A stretch of 64,000 nt of DNA, from assembly GCA_028534125.1 (NCBI GenBank), contig CM052817.1:79238001-79302000 (forward strand), given 5' to 3'. A program made the translations under genes and the position numbers. Source of the DNA: Lama glama. Lineage: Eukaryota. Under the pieces are notes generated by a model. The model was not told the origin of the DNA and searched no databases. It saw nothing but the letters and a program-made list of their open reading frames with translations. The first letter of the stretch is position 1; each line of letters begins with the position of its first letter. Below are positions 54,663-64,000 of this stretch, piece by piece.

Positions 54663-54896
54663 CATAAGTGAAATACTGTATCTCTGGTGGAAGTGTAACT
54701 TCACTGAGGTCGCTCTCTTGGACATAACTGTCCACATACTGCTGTGCTTTCGTTGCCTGAAGGAAAGCCAGGAATCTGGCCGTGAAAGCAGCGATGAAGA
54801 TGGAGAGCATCCCGAAGTCCAGCACATTCCACAACTGCAAAATGTACTCCCTGGGTCCTTCTAGCCAGAGCTCCTTACACTCGGACCACATCATTC
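54663..54896 (-). CDS. TRPC3: TRPC3 exon 6 (234 nt), S2-S3
   Basis: Encodes (G)MMWSECKELWLEGPREYILQLWNVLDFGMLSIFIAAFTARFLAFLQATKAQQYVDSYVQESDLSEVTLPPEIQYFTY; gacag/gtaagt. Confidence 0.97.
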
Positions 54897-56264
54897 CTGT
54901 CACAAGATACACAGGTTCCAGAGGAGATTTTACAGCTTAGGCTGAGAGGCTATTATTTCATGCACCATCAGTCCCCATCTATAAAATGCCCCAAATGTAA
55001 AGCATGCCCCTAGGTACCCGAAAGCACTGCTGACTACAGCTCACAGAGGTGCTGGGCAGAGTTAAATGGAAGAAGCAGCTTCAGCTCCACCAGGTTAGAT
55101 TTTGGTGAAATATAGTTCTACACGTGACGCCAGAAACGATGCTACTTTTATAGGGGATGGGGCAGGAAGGAGGGAAGGAAATAAACAAGAAAGGCTCTTC
55201 ATGTCAAAAGACTTTTGGAGGAGAAGAGAAAATTCACCTTTATAAAATCACAATGGTTAATTATCAAATCGTGGTGATATTGGAGAAATAAGCCCCTAAT
55301 TGAGAAACTTACTGTAGACTTTTAACAAGAACAGTTTCCCAATCACTCAGGAGCACTTACCTCATTCCTCTACCCTCTCTCCTCATTTCAGCTTCACGCT
55401 GAAAAGGTGAGGAATATCAATGAAAAAAGAAGAAACCCTTAAGCAGGAGGCCCTAGGACATTATGAAGAAACTGAAAGCAGAAAATGCCATTCTAGGGGA
55501 AGAGGACAAAATAGTCCAATTCAATAACTTGTCCTGAGTACGTAAGGGAAAAATATTGTAGAATTTTTTAAAGATACGTAAATGGCTTAAAATAAAATTC
55601 ATAAAATAATTACTTGGCCCAGGTTGAGGCCACAGGAGTAAATGAGCAGGAGAAACAATCTGTTAATTCAGGAACTGAGAAGATACCAAGAAACACGCTG
55701 GGTGAAATAGATAGAAGATATGAAATGACTTTGGATTAATGATCAATAGATAAACTGGTTCCAATCTCCATTTTTTTCTCACATTGCTTAAACTTTTTAC
55801 CTTAACATAGCTATTCAAAATGGGCTATCGTGAGGTGAGGTAATAAACATTTTGAAAATGGAAGCTCTCCTTAAAAAACCTCTGAAACTAAAGCAATAAA
55901 TGTTCTTTGATCATCAGTTAATTGCCACTGGGTTATTTCAGAAGTATTTCGATTAAATATTTGATCATCACAGTGAGTCACATTAAAAAGACTGCATTTT
56001 ACTCAATACTTGAAATTAGATTTCTGAAATGTGGTATACTTCTAATTAGGCTCATGCTACTCATAAAAATTTTACCTAGTGTTAAGGGATACTGTTTAGC
56101 ATTATCAAGCTGCCAAATGATTCAATTATTTTGCTATTCTGCTTATCTTATAATGGTGATATTGTCACCACATAATGTACAGTAGCATTTTAAACAGAAA
56201 ATGGCAGTCATTATAGAGATATTATTTTTGTTAGAAATAAGAATACTTAAAATAAAAGGCTTAC

Positions 56265-56481
56265 CAAGGACCCAGACCATAATTAACATTTCAGTCCACG
56301 TGAACTGGGTGGTTTTGACCCTGAAGATCTGTTTGGGATAGTCAATAACAGTGATATTTGGCAGCGTGGTGATGCCTTCGAATCTGTCTGAGGCATTGAA
56401 CACAAGCAGGCCCAGGAAGATGATGAAAGAAGCAGCATGTGCCACAAACTTCATAAAAGGGCTTCGCAGAATTTTCCCCAG
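56265..56481 (-). CDS. TRPC3: TRPC3 exon 5 (217 nt), S1-S2
   Basis: Encodes [72 protein letters not shown]; tttcag/gtaagc. Confidence 0.97.
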
Positions 56482-59166
56482 CTGAAATAAGGCCAAAAAC
56501 AAACAAAAAAAAGGAAACTTTTACTTCAGAAAATCTGGCTTCCGCTTATGAAAATCACTATACAGGTTAAAAAAAAAGGTGAAATGAGAATACTTTTTCA
56601 AAATTCTGCTTCCATTTCTGAAGAGTTATGCATTGTGAAAAATTACTCCTTTTAGGGGCTGTATCCTCCAAAAAACGATTTAAGAAGTCTTCAAACTTCA
56701 TTGTCTCTAAATATCTAGTTTGTCTTAGGCTATACATAATCACAGATGCATTTCTGGAAATCACAAGGCATATAATGTTATTCTTATTTTATATGAAAGA
56801 CTATGCAATGTCAAGGTTTTTAGAGTCTAGGAAAAGACACTCCAAATTTGTAATGTGTAATTCTTTGTAGCTGAAATGTTATGATGACTTGCGTCCTCAT
56901 TCATTTATAATTGAAATGTTTTGATGTGTTTCTAGCACATTACAAACGCTTTGAAGATGAAAAAAAGCTTAACTACCACAGAAGAAAAATTTTCTTCTCA
57001 TTTCTAAATATTCCATAGTCGATTTGTACTTTGTATGATATAAAAGGCAGAAAATATTATAATCAAGATAAATATCTGTTACTACCCAATAACAACAGAG
57101 AGATACACAATAACTAAAATCTCTAAATAGGTTAATTTAATTAAAAGTCATCCCTGGGTCTGAAAAATCATATGAATAGTACAAAAGCATTTTTAAAGTT
57201 CAGCTTATAATGATTTTAAGGTAACTCTTTTAAAATCCCACATGATATAAGGTCCTTAAAAGCCCTATGTTCTAGTAGAAAGGAAAAACAAATCCTCCCG
57301 TTGCAAGGGCTTCTGCAGTCCAAGAATTAGTATATTTAACAGATTTAACAAGTTCTCTATTCTGCATACTCAGACCCTACTTTCAAACTTAGTCTGTGAC
57401 CTTAAAAAGTACCAAGGTTCACATTTAAGAGACTGTAACTTCAAACAAATGTTTTTGTATGTCCAGAAGCTTAATTTGATGTCAACAAACAACCAAAGAA
57501 TGTCCAGCATTTCTGGGACTGGACATGAATGCACACAGACAAATGTCACATTTTCCATATTAGACACAGAAAAATAAACCACACATTTACATATCACTGT
57601 TCTGTTCCACAGCTGCACAGAGGGCACATTGGGTCAGCTCATTCATAGTACATAGTGATTTTTTGGGAGTTGCAAGTCTCTTCTCCTAAAGGTTGATCTT
57701 TGAAAATGTTAGATAACATTAAAAAAAAAAAGCAGCATGCCTATCTTAAAACTGGGATACAGGTGGAGAATTCTTGCTATGTTGTCTGTTCAGCAAGGAT
57801 GAGTGGTGTATGGCAGGTTAAAAAAAATGACTCAATTCCCTCCTTTCCCTTCTCTGCAGGGCAGAGTTCATCACACCATTAGCTACACAAAGTGAAGAGG
57901 AAAAAGAATGGCCTTCAAGATGCCTACTTCAAACCTGATGTTTTACCTGAGAAAGCTGCCCTAAAAGACAAACATGTATAAACATAAATTTTCCAATGTA
58001 TTCCCCCCAAAAGGGGAAATTATTTGGGTGGGATATGATTTTTGCTTTAACGTGTGCTCTCTCCTTATTTACAGTTTCCAGTTTTTAGTGTTTATGTATT
58101 AGTGGACTCTTAGGGTACTTTTCCATGATATATAACAAAGGAACTTAGTTGAGTCATCAAAATTGATCAAAATGACAAACTTTCTGCCTTAAACTGCATG
58201 GGCAGCTCAACGAGGAAGTGAGATGGATGAATATTCTCACGCGTATATGGGCCTGCGGAACAGGACTCTGCGGGGGCTGGCAGCTGCGCGAGAGAGATGG
58301 CAGATTTCCAGGGTCATTTCTGAGTGGCCTTGACTCACTTTGCCTGAAACTGTCTCTGATTTAAACAAAACCAGATTTCAGAATATGAAAACAGGATTAA
58401 AGGATCTCAGAACAGCGTCTTCTCCCTGGCAGTGCCCTTTAGTAACCTCCTCCAGATTCTGTTAGCGTGAGTTCTGCTCTTTCCACATTGTGCTCAGACA
58501 CAATTAAGTTGACTGTATACTGGCAAAGTTGAGAGAAGGATAAAGGTAGTGACCAAAATGATTCAAGCAAAACTGAACAGATAAACAATTTTAAAATCCA
58601 AAGCCCCCAGACCCCAATTCTGCATTTTTAGAATCTTCTGAAGGAACAAAGGGCTAGGGGAACCTGACATGAGCTTTGTTGAAGAATTTGGATAATACCA
58701 CCGTTCACAACTGTGCTTAATACTCTCAGCCTCGGATCTCCTTCCAGGTTCTACCGAGCTGCCTTTTCAGTTCTCAGGTTAACTCTTTCTTGGAACCACT
58801 GCAGTAGGGCTGCTCCCCTTCCACAGACAGGCCAGCCCTGCGGACTCTCTATTAAGCTGGCAATGGAATCAGCACAAGTGCTACTTCGCTTAAGCAGCTT
58901 TTCCTCCTGCCTACCATGGGGATTTTATCTTAAAAGCTTAAGTATGATATGCCTGCAAATATGATCTATCCCACTAGGACCAAATCCTTTTTCATCCCTT
59001 ATTTGGATTGATCCCAGTCATTAAAAAGCAGAATTCGTGTTCTTGAGTCAATTAACATTCAGAGTAAAACTGATAAAGGGTCTTAAGTAGGAAGCTTTTT
59101 CTCTTTTCATCCTCAAAGGACACGGTACGCCAACCACAGAGGAAATGGGGGTGGAAAAGCCTGTAC

Positions 59167-59331
59167 CCTGCTGCAAGGTGCGATCCAGTAGCCGATGGCA
59201 AGGAAGGGAAGGCCCAAGGCCACGACCAGCACCACCAGACACTTGATAGCTACAGTCTGTTCCCGCAGGCCTGAGAGGTTCTCGTACCAGATTGTCAAGA
59301 GCTGCTGCTGGCAGTTGGGGTGAGCCACAAA
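59167..59331 (-). CDS. TRPC3: TRPC3 (short transient receptor potential channel 3) exon 4 (165 nt), pre-S1; earlier exons lie beyond the window end
   Basis: Encodes [55 protein letters not shown]; caacag/gtacag. Confidence 0.97.
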
Positions 59332-60443
59332 CTGTTGGTCGAGACAGAGAGAGGGAGAGAGAGAGATAGGTTACCATGCCATTGTCCACAGTTCAGCTGA
59401 ATGCCAGTGCATCCTAAAGACATTAATGCATATTTTCCCAGAATACAGGTACTGAAAGATTCTGGTAGTATTCTCCTTTACCCTCGTTCTATTTTTCAGA
59501 ATTGCTTGAGAATTCGTACAAGAAGTAAACACAAGGGTAAAACTGATGTTGTCCTTAATCACAGTTCTTTCTGATCAAAACTCCGTATTCAGACTCCTCT
59601 CTGGAATCTGGGTGACCCATGCTTTCCTTTGCAGAAACATGTCACATCGGGCTGTCTGCCAGCTTACTTGCATTCAGTTCAAAATGGAAAAGAAAATAGT
59701 TATTTGGTTTACCGTGTACTCTAGCTAAAAGAGAAATGTGTTATGAATTTTCATGAGCAACTTCTAAGATGCTACATCTATGAGAAACATACATGATATG
59801 CCCTGTGTGTATGTATGTACTACCATAGCAAGTATGCATAAGGTCTGCAGAAGCTCAATGAAACTGCAAGTATTAAGCTTGGTCCACAAGTGCACTGCCT
59901 CCAGGACCTGGCATCAAATGTTACTTCCTTCCTGTTTCAGTAATCTGTCCTCTTTTTGTTGTTTCCTCTGCTGCAGGTCAAAAAAGCACATTCATCTCCA
60001 GCAGTTCTTTTATAACAACAGTTCGAATCAGGAAAAAAAAAATGAGCAAATTATGTTTATTTCACTCCTGTCATTTTATTTTATTTTGTTCTATTCTAGT
60101 TTGTTTTATTTTATTGATTTTGCCGACAGATTTTCTAAAGCGTCTGTCTGCGTCTATTTAGAAGGATTGGGATTTCACTAAGGTCCTATCCTTATTCAGG
60201 TAGCAGAATATGTTTATAGTCAGGCCAATGTGAAAAGGTCCCTATGCCAAAAAGTAGCTAGATATGCCTTTCTTAGGATAAACTGTCTTATTTGCAGCTG
60301 GATATGCCTTTCTTTGAATGGTCAGGTGCACTTTGCCCAAGCTTGGAATTATTTAGGGTCATTCACAAATCAACTATGAGTGCCAACGTATTTTTTAAAA
60401 AGAGTATTTAGCAACACAAAAATCAACGTATCACTGTCTTTTA

Positions 60444-60606
60444 GGGGAGGGTACAGCTCAGTGGTAGAGACTGTGCTCAGCATGCACAGAGTCCTGAGTT
60501 CAATCCCCAGTACCTCCTTAAAAAATAAATAAATAAAATAAATATAAACCTATCAATCAATCTAATTACTTCCCCCAAAACAAAACAAAATAAACAAAAA
60601 AAAATA
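60444..60606 (+). mobile_element. Vic-1-type tRNA-Ala SINE with perfect 13-bp TSD
   Basis: TSD gtatcactgtctt at 60428-60440 and 60609-60621. Confidence 0.93.
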
Positions 60607-62470
60607 AGGTATCACTGTCTTCCAAAAAACGAGAATAAACAATAAGAATGAACCTGTTAGGACCTGTGAAATGTTTTCATAAACTCTGAGAGGCAAAGAA
60701 AACGGCAGCAGTTTCCTCTGGACAAAGCGTTCAACTTTAATCAAGTTCGAGTTAATGATCTGAATGCTTCTTAGTAACTCTGGGCAATCCCTCCAGTCAC
60801 TTGGCTACTTATCAATAGCATGCTTACAAGGGAATGAACAGGTTTCCCTTTACTGGTATACAGTTTCCCATCAGCTCTTCTAATCAAACAAACAAAAAAG
60901 ATAAACAAAAAGAAAAAACAAAAGTAAAACCTCATTCCCAGGGTAGGCAGTAGAGGGACAATTTCCCCCAAATCCTCACTCCTGCCCCCAAGTGTGCACT
61001 CACCCTCTGGGGAGTCCACTGACTTTGCTATGACAGCTGCATCGTTGTGCAGAAGGAGAACTTGACAATCCATTGACAGAGGTGATGAGGATGAGTTTAC
61101 AAATGTCAGGTTTGAAATGCTTAACTGAATTTTTTTTTCTGTAACACAGACTAGGAGGATTTGGGAGCTTGAAAGTACTACAAAGAAGATGCTATTTTTT
61201 CCTTACTTAATGAGTTCAATGTGAAAAAGCATATTTTATTTTGTAAGTTCCTTTCAATTCAGTTATAAAAGTCCCGGATCCTGAGGCTCACGGGTCATTG
61301 CTAGCTGCTACATATATATTAGATCTTCTTTCCAAACTCAAGATTTTGTCACTCTTCCTAGGTTCTGATTTTTGAAAACAGGATTTCAAGATCAATGCAG
61401 TCCTTATTTGAACTTATGATAAGATATAATCAAGTCTGAAGGCTTCCACCTCTGTCCCTGTGGTCTTTTGGATCATTTCCTCCCTGCTTCACAGCTCCTT
61501 CTGTGTTAAAAATTCTCATTCCCTCTATGGTTCTTAAATGTTTGTCTCATTCATGCATGCATGCATGCATTCATTATTCATTCTTCAAAATGTTGTCAGC
61601 CCCTCCTATGTGCCAGGCAGGTGTTTGGTACAAGAAGACAAAAATGCATCAGCATTGCATTGGTGCTGAGTGGTCCTTTTCTAGGGCACACAGTAAGCTC
61701 TGAAGAAATGTGAAAAAGCTATTACAATGGAGACTTGGATTCCATATGCTTGCCAAGATAAATAGTCAGCATTTAAAATAGTCTTAATTCGAATGTTGGT
61801 CCAAATGTCTTGGTCCAAATGTCCCACAAATCTGCATTTGTGGGAGGTTGGATAAACATTAAATAAAGGCAGTCCTGTGACTCCAGCCAGGCTTGGCTTA
61901 GGAATGAGAAGGTGCATTCAGAGAAATCTACAGGTAGAGTATACAATGTCATCAAACCAGATTACTAGGACGTCAACAAACCCTTTTTTTTTTTGGAATA
62001 CGCCAAGGGTTTCTGTAAAACAGAAAATCCGCATGAAGTTAAGAGACACTGGGACATATGTCCATATGAAATTGATGGACAAATTTCCCTTTTGTGGGTT
62101 TCTAGCCTTTCCTTCTTAGGTTTTAAGCCCCTGAGTACAGAAATATTAATGTTGTAGTATGGCTCTTTCTTCTTGCTCTTCCTTCTTGAGCTAATCTTTA
62201 AATTTGAATCTTTAAATGCTTTATGGCATTAATTAAATTATATGAGGGTTACACAGCCTTCAAAGACTTGGTGGAAATCAACCCTTTCCATATGGCATTA
62301 TATAATGATCAATCTTTGACCCACTGTGACTTACGCCATACAATGTAAACACTTAATGTATGTTAAAAACTAGCTAAAATCATAGTATTGTATTGTACTC
62401 ATTTTTTAAAATAATTTATAATTCAGCTTAAAAAGTATATCTCCTATACTACTAAAATTCTACCCTCTTC

Positions 62471-62586
62471 TTTTTTGGGGTGGGGTAATTTTATTTATTT
62501 GTTTAAACCTGGAGGTACTGGGGATTGAACCCAGGACCTCGTGCATGCCAAGCACGTACTCTAGCACTGACCTATACCCTCCTGCC
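62471..62586 (-). mobile_element. Vic-1-type tRNA-Ala SINE
   Basis: ggaggtactggggattgaacccaggacctcgtgcatgcc...; imperfect TSD tctaccctcttctt / tctactttcttctt. Confidence 0.88.
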
Positions 62587-64000
62587 ACTCTACTTTCTTC
62601 TTAATTGAGATCATAATACAGCTCCATATGGCATCTGTTGATTCCTATTAATCCATGAAAAAGAAAACACAAACAGATATTTTCTCCAGTGATTCAAAAT
62701 CCTAATACAAGTACACAAGGAACATTTTAAAAAAGAAAGTAAAACCAATATAATAGTACCAAGTGAAGGCAAAAAAGCTAATCCCTCTAGGAGATGAATT
62801 TGCTCTTTTCAATGACTTTAAAATAGGGCAGTAACCTTTATCTTTTAAAATTGCTTTACCTCCTAAAAAAAAAATCTCCTTACCCTGCCACACCAGTCAT
62901 AGCCAGCTGGATAAAATTTGTATGCTGTTTCCTAACTTCAGTGGACCAACAAATTGAAACCATTACAAAAATAATACCCTTATTTGAGGTTTTCTGATTT
63001 AAAGGGAAAATGCTCGACACAAGAAGATCTCAGTCTTTCAATGGAAAAAAACTACTGGAGCATAAATAACAAACTTTTTTCCTCTGCCAAACTGATGGAT
63101 TGTAAACTGAACCACCAATCAGGGCACGTTATGGAAAACATATAACTTTCAACTTAAGAAAATTCATGTGACATTGTCTTTTCATCAAATTAGCCTTTAC
63201 GAGCACGATCATCATGGGAATACTGTTGTGTGAAAACATGGCAGGAACACTTTTTGTCTTTCATGATATTGCTGGAGCCACAGTTCATGTACTTGAAAAG
63301 AAAATATTCTTGTGAATAAAAACTAGGTTGATCATTCATCCTCTTTTTAATTGAAAAATTAAAACCGAAATTGAGAAATACAAACCAAAAACTCACACTG
63401 TACAAGTTTTCTGGATTTCAAACCCACTGAGCACAAAATTCTGTTAGCAAGAGCTAACCCACTGATACCTCTTGGTGCCTGAACACGAAGCCAGCAGAGG
63501 CCATCCAGCGTGGGACTGGGGATGGTGCCAGCCAGCACATGCACCCCAAAGTCTCTGTAGTGTGTTTACATGTTCTCAATGCACTGCTCAATTTTTGGGC
63601 TTTCTCTGCACACAGTGGATACCTCTATGTGTCTATATTGCTGCGTATCTCTTTTCTAGATGATTTTTCTGTAGTGAAACCTAACCTTACTGTAGAGGAA
63701 GTAAGAGAGCAAGAAGGAAGAACTCAAGAAACATTCTCCTCTTTCCCAAGAGCCCAGTTTTCCAACGTGATCAAGTTCTACTATCTTTTATCTTTGTCTA
63801 GGGCTTTTTTTTACAATAGACATAGCTCACCTGAAGTAGGCAGAACTCTCGTTATTTTTATGGCAGGAGGGGATTGATACTCACCCTCAAGTTGGAAAAG
63901 ATAGCGATACAGTTAGAATGGACTTGGGGGAAGGGGAGCAAATAGTCTATTATTTTAACTGGAAAATAATGGATATTTGTGCTTAAAAGTTAATTTTCTT

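Noticed and set aside
59332..64000. TRPC3 exon 3 and the ankyrin-repeat exons
   Set aside because: No matching peptide seen; this stretch reads as intron.

Overview
Mammalian genomic DNA, very probably camelid: it carries seven tRNA-Ala-derived SINEs of the Vic-1 type. Two partial genes lie in tandem on the minus strand. TRPC3 contributes its last nine coding exons (59331 down to the stop at 25665; 1590 nt, 529 aa; S1-S6, TRP box, CIRB, C-terminal coiled coil) plus the 3' UTR. BBS7 contributes its CpG-island promoter and coding exons 1-8 (ATG at 16720 down to 2804; 849 nt, 283 codons). All 17 exons were hand-spliced with GT-AG boundaries and a continuous frame. The rest is intronic/intergenic sequence rich in L1, L2, MIR, hAT-Charlie, MaLR and ERV remnants. 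I found no clearly new gene or system. The best leads are: (1) a young, probably full-length L1 whose body is hidden in the 500-N gap just upstream of BBS7, flanked by a 13-bp target-site duplication; (2) a SINE with intact Pol III boxes whose first T4 terminator lies beyond the TRPC3 pore exon, and which forms an inverted pair with a second SINE; (3) splice-level variability around the TRPC3 CIRB region. Repeat family names and comparisons with human proteins come from memory, not a database search; most repeat boundaries are approximate.
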